Notes under the pieces: model-generated
Told to the model about the DNA's origin: nothing
Databases searched by the model: none
What the model saw: the letters and a program-made list of their open reading frames with translations, nothing else
Made by a program: the position numbers and the translations under genes
Part shown: piece by piece, positions 52,462 through 64,000 of the stretch
Layout: every line of letters starts with the position of its first letter
How positions within the stretch are numbered: the first letter of the stretch is position 1
NCBI RefSeq assembly: GCF_001194135.2
Contig: NC_068986.1
Location: forward strand, 13,336,958 to 13,400,957
Source: Octopus bimaculoides
Taxonomy: Eukaryota
Direction of reading: 5' to 3'
DNA: 64,000 bases

Positions 52462-54039
52462 AGAGATTATGTGAGTGAGATTGCATTAAGATATCAAGTA
52501 GTCGAGGCCAGGATATGAAATCACAGACATAAGCTCCTTTGAGATAGCATGAGCCAATAAATAAATAAATAAATTCATAAGAGATGGAGAGGGAAAAATA
52601 AAAAACAAAGGAGAAATCAATAAAAAAAAAATCCGTCCATTATCTTGAGAAGATTTCAAACAGAACACGAATAAGAGAACAACCCACTCCATGCTTTTAT
52701 TTGTCTCACACGGTTGTAAGTCAGACCAGATACATTATGGTATTTCCTTGAGTGGAGAGCACTGGACTACAACAAAAGTGCTTCAGGTGTTGGGGATGGG
52801 AATGTGTGTATGGCTGCATGGTTAAGAAACTTGCTTTACAATCATGTGATTTCAGGTTCAGTCCTGCTGTGAGGCACCTTGGGCAAATGTTTTCTGCTGT
52901 AACCTTGGACTGACCAATGCCTTGCGAGTGTATCTGGAAGATGGAAACTGTATAGAAGCCTTGTATGTGTATCTTCCCTTTGCAAATACAGACAGGACAC
53001 AGATGTGTGTCAATAGCCAGCTGGAGATGTTCTCCTGGGGCTAAAAGCAACAGTAACATCCATCCTTAGGGTTTAGCCGCATTTAAGTGGCAAATATATA
53101 TTTATTCTTTTATTCTTGTTTCAGTCATTTGACTGAGGGCCATGCTGGAGCACCGCCTTTAGTCAAACAAATCGACCCCAGGACTTATTCTTTGTAAGCC
53201 TAGTACTTATCCTATCAGTCTCTTTTGCTGAACCGCTAGGTTACATGGACATAAACACACCAACATTGGTTGTCACATGATGGTGGGGGGACAAATATAG
53301 ACACACACACATACATATAGCCTGGATGGAATATTATGCATGCACTGTTTCGTTATTTCAGGTAGAAATGCGCTACAATGACATATTGTTGTTATGTATA
53401 TCCTAGTCAGCTTTCGTTAAGCAAACCGATGTTTTGCAGTTAATCAACCGAATAACTAGGTGTAATCTGCTGCTACCTGTTGTTACAAACAGGTCATGCA
53501 TCTGTCAAATTACACACCTGGTCATGCAGTGGTTAATCATATTGTGTGTGACAGACGAGACATATATTCCCACCATTCTCTACTCTAAGCCTTTTATATT
53601 CAGGTGATAAACACATTGAAGGCAGGTGAGATGGGCTTAATTAGTGAGTGACAGCTGTCATTTGGTGATGTCATTTAGCCACTGATCACCCATCAATGAG
53701 ATGATCAATGATCAAAGGTGCTCCAGCTTTAACTGACACCGTTTTTTGTTTTGTTTTTTTTTCTCAGAACAGATTGAAGGAAATTTGGCTGCTATTTCTA
53801 GCATGTCATGTAACCACATAGACACTGCCTTGTACTGTCACTTGTAGCTGTGATCGGTAGCCATGAGCAGTTCTACTTGAGTAGACTTAGAACAATTAAA
53901 CAACTTTCTCACTAGACTGTGCAACTGGTTGTTTAAAGAGAAGGAAAAACCTACATGTGCACACACACACACACACATCAAATGTAGAGTATGTGGCACT
54001 AATGGTGAAAATATGTTGAGTAAAGAAACAATAGGGCAA

Positions 54040-54270
54040 GGTTGTTTATGGAAGACCAGCAGTCGCCCATGCATACCAGCCTCCCCTCTCCACGCCACCA
54101 GTGTTATCCAAGGGAAAGGCAAAGGGGCCGATACAGCTTGGCACCTGTGACATTGCAGCTCATTTCTACAGCTGAGTAAACTGGAGCAACGTGAAATAAA
54201 GTGTCTTGCTCAAGAACACAACACACAGCCCGGTCCGGGATTCGAACTCACAACCTCACAATCGTAAGCT
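54040..54270 (-). mobile_element. SINE family E head/core with tail type 2
   Basis: Same core (gcaagacactttatttcacgttgctccagtttactcagctgtagaaatgag) but an unrelated 3' part (gtgccaagctgtatcggcccc...ggtcttccataaacaac). Confidence 0.8.
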
Positions 54271-55479
54271 CGGCGCCCAGCTTTGAAATAGCCCTACCAC
54301 TCTGCATATTTCAAAGCTCGGCGCCCAGCTTTGAAATAGCCCTACCGCTCCGCATATTTCCTTCTAGCTGCAAAAGATTCAGCTAGGGAATACTTGTAAC
54401 GAGAGATTTCTGTCTTTGATTCAATGCCACAGACACTAGCGATAAACAGCAGCAGCACCCCAACTAAATACCATCATGGGCGGTGAAAGAATTTATATGA
54501 AGAAGACAGCAGTGATTTACATAATAATACAATGAAAGAAAAACAACACAGTTACAAGATTTTACCAAGAATAAATTAGTAAACATATAAATGAAAAACA
54601 AAAGCAAAAAAACAAAAATAGAATCAAAAACATGAATGGTTGTACATTGTAGAGATATCTTTTAAAATTACACAAACGGAAATGAAGAGATAGATAAAAG
54701 AGAGATAAGCTGTTGCTTTTAATCTCTTGAGACTAGTTGAAGGAGATGTTAAATGTAAAAGAAGAAACAATTTAGATTTTTTTTAAATATATACATATAT
54801 GTATGTGTATATAATTATGTCTTTCAGTTAAATGTTTTTAGGTGGAGAGTAATCTTGTAGATGATTTTGGATGAAAAGAAATTTCAAATAACTTGTGTTA
54901 ACTTCTGTACAATAGTTATATTAACGCTTAATGCATTTAGTGTGAAGAACATTAGAGACAACTAGAAATAATTATGTGCTGAGGAAAAAGAAATAATAAT
55001 GTTAGTCAATAGTATATTTTTTTTATCGTTATTTTGTCAAAGATAGGGGAAAATTCTGAACAGGCTTTGGTCCTTAAAAACCTGGCACTCTGTTGGTTAT
55101 GACAAGGGCTCCAGTTGATCTGATCAACGGAACAGGCTGCTCATGAAATTAATGTGCAAGTGGCTGAATACTCCACAGATACACGTACTTTTAATGTAGT
55201 TCCCAGTGAGATTCAGCGCGACACAGAATGTGACAAGGCTGGCCCCTTGTGAATTACAGGTACAACTCATTTTTGCCAGCTGAGTGGACTGGAGCAACGT
55301 GAAATAAAGTGTCTTGCTCAAGAACACAACACTCTGCTAGGAATCAAACTCATGACCTTACAATCATGAATCAAATACCCTAACCACTAAGCTATGAGCC
55401 TTCATGCTTCGATCTTATTATGATCTCATCAGCAAAGTATAGACCTCACTGTACATGTTGAAGTAGTGATGAAAGAATC

Positions 55480-55822
55480 ATTAAATAAATGTACAAGTTT
55501 GTACACTGGTTGGCAAAGCCATGTAGTCCCTCTACAGAAAGTAACCTCTCCATCATCATTAATCCTTGGACATTACTGTTTTGAGTCCCAGGACTCGTAG
55601 GGCTGGTTGCCATGACATACAAATGACCGAAATCAAACCGTCTCCACTGAACAGGATACCAATACGTTGCAGGGTTACTCATTTCCAGATGAGTGAATTG
55701 GAACAATGTGAAATAAAGTATTTTGTCCAAGAACACAAAAACACCTCCTAGTCTGGGAATTGAAATCACAATCCCGCAATTATAAGTACGACACCCTAAC
55801 CACAAGCCCATGTGCCTTCACT
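55480..55822 (-). mobile_element. SINE family E head/core with tail type 3
   Basis: Same diverged head and core, followed by aaccctgcaacgtattggtatcctgttcag... and a (gat)n-like end. Confidence 0.65.
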
Positions 55823-57831
55823 TCATCGACAATGACCTAAGGTTAATTAACAACAACTTGGTCAACCTTAGGAGAGAGTTACTAATCTTTTGAAGATTTC
55901 TATGAACACTTGTGGCTCATGAATGAATAAAGACTATGTTTTCTGACTTCTTATCACGTGTCATATTATTATTATTATGCTGCAAATCAAACCAAGAAGT
56001 CCATCCTTTAATATCATACAAAGGGACCACACCTGCGATTTCTTAGTCAACACTGAATTCATTGTTCTTCAACAGCAATAACAAACTATGATGATTATGC
56101 TGATGATGATAATGATGACTCAAGACTAAACACACAAAACATAAACAGGATGTATAATTTTTTTTTTCTTTCTTTTTGGAGGTAAACAGAATATCACAAA
56201 CTTTTCTTTGTCTTCCCAATCGCATGGTTCTCGGTTCAGTCCCACTGCATGGCACCTTGGGCAAGTGTCTTCTACTATAGCCTCAGGCTGACCAGAGCCT
56301 TGTGAGTGGATTTAGTTGATGGAAACAGAAAGAAGCTTGTGTATCAAAATATATCTGTGTGTGTATGTTTGTATTTGTCCCCACCACCACCACCACTTAA
56401 CAACCAGTCTTGATGTGCTTACAAGCCCATAACTTAGTGGTTCAGCAAAAGATACTAATAGAATAACTACCAGGTTTTACAAAAAAGTCCTGGGGTCGAT
56501 TCATTCAACTAAAGTTCTCCAAGGCGGTGCTCCAGCATGGAGCAAGTAGTGATGGGTGCAGGCATGGTTGTGTGGTAAGTAGCTTGCTTCCCAACCACAT
56601 GGTTCTGGGTTCAGTACCACTGCATGGCACCTTGGACAAGTGTCTTCTACTTTAGCCTCAGGCCGACCAAAGCCTTGTGAGTGGATCTGGTAGATGGAAA
56701 CTGAAAGAAACCCTTCATATGTATGTGTGTGTGTGTGTGCTCCTTCCACCAATGCTTGACAACCGATGTTGGTATGTTTATAGCCCTGTAACTTAGCGGT
56801 TCGGCAAAAGATACTGATAGAATATTAGGCTTACAAAGAATAAGTCCTGGGGTCAAATTGTTTGACTAAAGGCATTGCTCCAGCATGGCTGCAGTCAAAT
56901 GACTGAAACAACTAAAAGAATAAAATGGTATGTATATATATATATATATATCGATGTATGTGCCATTGTGGTGCGTTTAACTCCCACCACCACTACTTGA
57001 CAACTGGTGCTGGTTTGTTTATGTCCCTTAACTTAGCAGTTTGGCAAAAAGAGAAACCCCTAGAGTAAGCACCAGGCTTTTTAAGCTAGTAGTCTAGTAC
57101 TATAACAACTAAGGACTGGAGTTGATTTGTTTGACTGAACCTTTCAAGGCGGTGCCCCAGCATGGCCACAGTCTAATGACAGAAACAAGTAAAAGGAAAC
57201 AAAAAAGAGAAAGATCATCATCATCATCCTCATTATCATTTAATGTCCACTTTCCATGCTGGCATGGGTTGGACGGTTTGACTGAAAACTGATAAGCCGA
57301 GGGGCTGCACCAGGGTCCAGTCTGATTTGGCATGGTTTCTGCAGTTGGGTGCCCTTCCAAATGCCAACCACTTTACAGAGTGTACTGGGTGATTTTTTAA
57401 GTGCCACTGGCATCGGCTACAGCTACAATCTCACTCAGCTTGGCAAGTCTACACAAGCACGGTATATCGGTATATCGCCAGGTCTCAGTCACCTGTCACT
57501 GCCTCTGTGCAGAGCAATGCTTGAATGGTGCTTTTTATATGCCACCAACACAGGTGCCAGTCAGATGGCACTGGTATCGGCCACGACTACAATTTCACAT
57601 GGCTTGACATGTCTTCTATACACACACACACACACACCTATATATATANNNNNNNNNNNNNNNNNNNNNNNNNNNNNNNNNNNNNNNNNNNNNNNNNNNN
57701 NNNNNNNNNNTATGTATATATATATATCCTTGTTACTACCCAGACCCATTTCATTTGGTACCTATCCTTCATTCTTAATACTTTCCTTCCCACCTACTTT
57801 TTATATTAATCATAATCAATATCAACCACAA

Positions 57832-57878
<47 letters not shown>

Positions 57879-59131
57879 CTATTTACTGTGCCATTGTTAC
57901 TATTCTGCTGATCTTCACACCTCCTTTTGTTTGCAGTCAGTCATTTCCTACTCTCACCCACAAACTCATCTATATCTCCACTCTCCAACCCTTATCCCCC
58001 CCCACCCACTGCAACCATCCCTCACCCCTTAATCTTCCCTACTTATCAACCTTTAAACCTATTCATCATTCATTTTCACACTTAATCCATTCCCCATCTA
58101 TCACTCTCCTACACTCTGACATGTGAGGGGCATGGCTTAATGGTTAGAGCACTGGGCTCGCATTCGCAGAGTCACGTGTTTGATTCCAAGCAGTGCATTG
58201 CATCCTTGGGCAAGACATTTCATTTCACGTTGCTCCAGTCCACTCAGCTGGCAAAAATGAGTTATACTTCTAATTCAAAGGAACCAGCATTGTCATATTC
58301 TGTTCGACACTGAATCTCTCAAAGAACTATGTTAAGGGTATGCGTGTCAGTGGAGTACTCAGCCATTTGCATGTTAACTTCACAACCTGGCTGTTCTGTT
58401 GATTGGAACAACTGAAACACTTGTCGTCATGACCAACAGAATACCAGTCATACTTTTACAACCTCAACGCACCCACATTCCTTGTTCCCGTCCCCTAAAT
58501 CATTTCTACTCACCTTCTAGTACCTTGAGAGTTCAACCCTAACCCCTTGTAGTACCTTGAGAGTCCATCTTGATACCTTGTTATCACTATTCATCTCTAA
58601 TCCATTTCTACCCTGGTCCCTCTCCTATAATGTGAGTAGCCATGTAGTTCTTCCAAAGCAAGAAACCTATTCTATTCTGATCCCTTCTCTCTTACAGGCT
58701 ACTCAACCTGAAGGAAATTCTAAATGGGCCCCACCTGCCAGGTCATGCGCTGTTTATCTTGATATGAGATCACCATGTCATGCACATATGGTTGTGATGC
58801 ATGTGCCTGGTGTACCCTTATCAGACGGGTAGTCATGATGGGTATATTGGGCTTTGTCTATTTGCACCCCAGTGTCACTTTGATGGCATGCACTGCTCTC
58901 TCACTCAATAATAATAATAATTCTTTCTACTGGAAGCACAAGGTCTCAAATTTGGGGGCAGGGATTAAGTCAATTACATTGACCCCAGTACATAACTGGT
59001 ACAAATTTATCGACCCCGAAAAGATGAAAGGCAGAGTTGACCCCAGTGACATTTGAACTCAGTACATGAAGACAGACGAACTACTGCTAAGCATTTCGCC
59101 CGGTGTGCTAACGATCTTGCCAGCTTGCAGC

Positions 59132-59183
<52 letters not shown>

Positions 59184-59245
59184 TAATAATAATAATGGTT
59201 TCAAATTTTGTCATAAGGCCAGCAATTTTGTGGTACAGGGGATAA

Positions 59246-59532
59246 CCACATTATTTACATTTGACGGATATTTGCCTTCATCTTGTTTGTTGTTAACACG
59301 TTTCAGCTGATATACTCTCCAGCCTTCGTCTAGGGGAAATTTCGAACCTGGGTTCTCATTCCTAAGGTATATTTCAACGTCGGCGTCGGCGGCAGCAGGC
59401 GCGTCATCGTCATCGTCATCAGCGGCGGCGGTGGCGGTCTCATTAATCAGGTTACTGCCTGGAATTGAACTCGGAATCTTGCGTTTAGTAGCCCGCGCTC
59501 TTAACCACTACGCCATATGCCCGTGGGCATAC
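59246..59532 (-). mobile_element. SINE family F copy inserted into a family A SINE, 8-bp TSD
   Basis: ggggataa at 59238-59245 and 59533-59540; intact tRNA-like head (tggcgtagtgg, gagttcaattcc); CTGATGA core partly deleted. Confidence 0.85.
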
Positions 59533-60214
59533 GGGGATAATCAGTTGCATTGACTTTGGTGCTCACCTGGCACTACTGACACGCAAAAGACGAAAAGCAA
59601 AGCTGATATCAGTGGGATTTGAACTCAGACCTTAAAGAGCCAGAAGAGATGCTGCTAAGCATTTGGTCCAAATAATAACAGATTTTTTTCAATTGCCTCA
59701 TGGGTATCAGATGAGAATGGGGACAGATAATAATTGCTTCTAAGAGAGGCACAAAGCCTGAAATTTTTTGAAGGGAAGAAAGGGGCAGTTAGCCAATTAT
59801 ATTGACCCAGCATTTGACAGGTACTTTTATTTTACTGACCCTAAAAAAAAAAAAAATTAAAAGAATAAAAATCAACTTCATACTGGATTTGTAGTTCAAT
59901 CAAGTACGCCCCATCCTCCCCCCCCCCAAAAAAAAACGAAACGTGACCTTTGAGCCAACGTCATTACCAACATTATCAGCTGTATTAGGAGCTAGGTCAG
60001 TACGCCATGCTGACAGCTCAGCGTCGAGATGCAACGAGACGAGCAATTAATGACTTATAAAAGAACACATGTAACAATTAGCTCTTATTAACCAAACTAA
60101 TTCCCTTCATTATCGCCGTTTAGACACCCAGCCTAGCTCCTTCTTCCTTGCACCCATCACTATCTCTTACGCGACACTATCTTTTTTCACTCTTTTTAAC
60201 CTTGTAGATAGAAG

Positions 60215-60595
60215 TTTGTCCTGCCATCTATCTATCTCTGTCTATTTATCTGTCTATCTCTATCTATCTATATGGCTGTCTCTCTCTCTCTCTCTCTCTC
60301 TGTCTATCTCTATCTATCTATATGGCTGTCTCTCTCTCTCTATCTCTATCTCTATCTATCTATCTCTGTCTATCTATCTGCCTGTCTGTCTCTCTGTCTC
60401 TCTCTATCTCTATCTATCTCTCTATCTATCTATCTATCTATCTATCTGTCTCTCTGTCTGTCTCTCTGTCTATCTATCTATCTATGTCTATCTATTTATC
60501 TATCTATCTATCTCTCTATCTATCTATCTGTCTCTCTGTCTGTCTCTCTGTCTATCTATCTAAATCTATCTATCTAAATCTATCTATCTATCTAT
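60215..60595. repeat. (TCTA/TCTG/TC)n compound microsatellite
   Basis: Direct inspection. Similar tracts at 12735-12960, 16350-16510, 16930-17150, 32950-33080 and 38710-38820. Confidence 0.9.
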
Positions 60596-61163
60596 GCTGT
60601 TTGATATAAACATCATTACAAACCAACTAGGGAGCCTCTATGTGGTCTCTCAATCTGCCAGAAATAATAACCAGACCTTCTTCAAAAGTCACACATTACC
60701 TTTAAAAGAAAGGTGAGGAAAGGACACTTCATATAATTCAAATCTGGGTAACCCTAAAATGATGACAAAACAATCACCAGTGGAAAACTCGTCGTGGAAA
60801 TGGTGGAAAGCAGGCGTTCAACTTTTTGGCTCATGTGTAAGCTTTTAGTGTCAAACGCACCTTTTTCTTAACCTCAGCCCCATAGACCTCAGGGCACCCC
60901 TAGGATATAAAAGCCATTTCTAATACTGGACCATATACATCAAGCTTCCCAATCACATGGTTCCAAGTTCAATCTGAGTGGCACCTTGGGCAGGTGTCTT
61001 CTACGGTGGCCTGAGAATGTTAAATGATGATGATGATGATGGTATATATACAATGGGTTTCTTTCAGTTTCCATCTACCATATTTATTCACAAGGCTTTG
61101 GTTGGCCCGAGGCTATAGTAGAAGACACTCGCCCACAGTCACTCCTGATTCTTGAATTTTGTA

Positions 61164-61217
<54 letters not shown>

Positions 61218-62408
61218 AAGGAGGGCACACTCAGGGATGCAGCTTTGTTTATTGATTGAAATAACAAAGGATTGTGGAAAGCATTCTGTGATACTTTGGC
61301 AAATTTTACTATAAAGTCTGTCAGATGTGGCAACTATGAAAACATAAGATCCGGATTCTGAGGAAACCTGTGGTGATTTTGTGTTGATATGAGTGGAAAA
61401 GCTATGTAGTATATCGAGTTAATAGCCTAATTAACAAAATTGAACCACCAAAAGGAAATACCTCAAAAGGGATCCATTAATGTAGCATGTCTTTTCTCCA
61501 TGCCATTCCAACATCTATGCAGCTACTGCACCAAACTGAGTGCAGTTGTAACCAATCCATGCATGCGACAAATATTGCATTTTACTGCTGTAAAGTTTTC
61601 ATCTTCTTCCCACGTGTGTCTGGCATATCCATGATGAAGCCTCCCCTGCTTTCTTCTTCAGTTTTCAAATAACCGTAATGCTGTGCTCCTTAAATTCAGC
61701 ACCAGCTAGGTAGGAGGACAAGTGAATTGAGATACAACCCGCCCTAACTGGAACCAATGTACACTGCCATCATCACATTTCCATAAGACCTTCATATCCG
61801 TGTGGCCTTTCTCTCGTGTCTCAACCCCACATTGCCTTCTTACAAGAGACCAACACGGCAATTAAAATCGTTTTTTTTGGCAAGTCTGACCATGTGATAA
61901 AGCCAGAGTGTTGCTTCGTTTATTTACAATATGGCTTAGGAACATTATACCAACATTAGAATAAAAGTTATTGATTTCTTTTGATTTGGCACCTGGCCAA
62001 TAAATATTTGTATGGGAGGACAATAGCACAATAAACTGACAACAGTTTTTAGTTACTTATACTTAATTTATCATGGATGCAAAGTGGCCATGTGGTCAAC
62101 AAATTCACTTCACAATCACAAGGTTCCAGTTTCAAACTCACTATGTAGCATCTTGGGTAAATGTCATTTTCTAAAATCTTTGGTGAACCCATACCTTGCA
62201 GGTGGAATTGTGTAAGTGGAAATTGTAGAGAAGCCCACCGAGTGGATATATCATTTATCTTTTTTCAGTCATTGGACGGCTGCCATGCTGGGGCACTGCC
62301 TTGAAGAATTTTAGCCAAATGGATTGACACCAGGACTTATATTTTTATGCTTAGTACTTACTCTATTGGTCTCAGACAAACACAGACACAAAAACACATA
62401 TATATATC

Positions 62409-63162
62409 AAACCAAAATAAGCATCATGATATCAAGAGGTGATGCAGTACAACCGTTTCAAGTGGCTCCGTTTAATTGAACAATACAATCATTACATCAA
62501 TTTAAATGCCGGGCTATCCTCAGCTGCATAAATAAATAGAATTTTTAATCAGTTGGACACATTGACATAATTTTATTCAAATTCTCTAATAGAGCAAGAA
62601 GAAGGAAAAAGTCCATGTTGCTACTAATGTAACTCAGAATAAACTACACTTCTAAGAACTGTATGAAGTTTGTTAGGGTCATAGCTTGTAAAGGATTGTG
62701 GTTCATTTTAATTTATTAGTTTTTTTTCCTAAAATCCAGACAATATTTATGACCACACCCAACTATAAACTGTTAACTCACTCTGTCTATCCATTCTAAA
62801 CAGAGACTGTCCCCTAGCCTTAGATTTGGTAGTTGATAAAAAAAAAAGACCAATAAATTAAAAGTGAACCACAATCCTTTACATGCTATGACCCTAACAA
62901 ACTTCATACAGTTCTTAGAAATGTAGTATATTCTGAGTTACATTAGTAGCAACATGGACTTTTTCCCTCTTCTTGCTCTATTAGAGAATCTGAGTAAATT
63001 TATATTAACGTGTCCAACTGATTAAAAATTCCTATTTATTTATGCAGCTGAGGATAGCCCTGCATTTAAATTGATGTAATAATTACATTGTTCAATTAAA
63101 TGGAGGCGCTTGAAATGGTCATACTGCATTACCTCTTGATACCCTGTTGCTTATTTTGATTT
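62409..63162. repeat. Long inverted repeat (foldback): arms about 62409-62727 and 62838-63162, spacer about 110 bp
   Basis: The arms align in reverse complement over about 320 bp at roughly 90% identity by eye. Confidence 0.9.
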
Positions 63163-64000
63163 TATTCACCTTATTCTGACTTGTACAGATAATACTGCAC
63201 TGGCTTGGTGCTTCAACTTAAATACCTAATTCAACTGAATCTCAATTATTTCTTATATATATAAAAAATGCGGAGTAGATGGAACAGGGACAACTGACAA
63301 AGGGGTATACTCTTTATGTTGCATGTCTCATTTCTCTGCTTTTTTCGTTGTTCGAAAAAAGTTTGTTTTCTGTTTTCGTTTTTATGTTTTCGTTTCTCAT
63401 TGGGTTTAACGTTTTTTTATGTCCTGTACCCATATATGCATGTATATATACATATATATGTAGGTATGTACATATATGTATGGATATATGCATATATTTA
63501 TATATTATTTATCATCATCATCATCGGGCTTCTTTCAGTTTCCATCTACCAGATCCACTGAAAAGGCTTTGGTGAGCCCAAGGTTATAGACAGCAGAAGA
63601 CACTTGCCAAAGAAGACAGGTGCTATGCAGTGGGACTGAACCCAGAACCATGTGGTTGGGAAGCAAACTTCTTACTACAAAGCCATGCCTACCTGTAAAT
63701 CAAAAAGTAAACCCACATCACACAACAAGTCATGCTGATCCTGCTTGAGAATTACATTAAGGGGTACACGTGTCTGGAATACTCATCTGCTACTTGTACG
63801 TAAATTCAGGAGGAGATGATTCAGTTGATCATCAAAGAATGTAGATCCAGCCGCTTATTTTACGGGTGCTAAAACGATTAAAATGCAGACCCCCACAGAA
63901 ATTTGAAGTTGGAACCTAGAGGTAACACAACTAACTACATACAACTTATTACACCATGTAAAACAATTAACCAATATTTATTTATTTTTCTTTCCATTTC

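Noticed and set aside
59440-59525. tRNA gene
   Set aside because: Has A/B boxes but no paired acceptor stem or poly-T terminator, and continues into a repeat body; it is a SINE head. The same applies to the other tRNA-like heads.

Overview
Eukaryotic, AT-rich, repeat-dense genomic DNA from a gapped short-read assembly with many N runs. The repeat repertoire is most consistent with an octopus or other coleoid cephalopod; this is inference from remembered repeat families, not a search. Most of the window is interspersed repeats: several tRNA-headed SINE families, RTE-type LINE 3' ends with (GAT)n tails, piggyBac-, hAT- and other MITEs, an internally deleted mariner, a Helitron 3' end and microsatellites. 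Nearly all ORFs in the supplied track are microsatellite or SINE artefacts. The only clear protein homologies are the mariner N-terminal DNA-binding region and decayed LINE RT C-termini. Unique islands contain promoter-like CpG-rich patches (about 4.9, 26.3 and 45.2 kb) and a few plausible but unidentified exons. The most notable observation is a tRNA-headed SINE family (4 copies) whose 3' part carries a Penelope-type minimal hammerhead ribozyme motif. One of its insertions has an inverted 3' end placed at its 5' side. Several long hairpins and foldbacks that could be dsRNA/ADAR substrates are also present.
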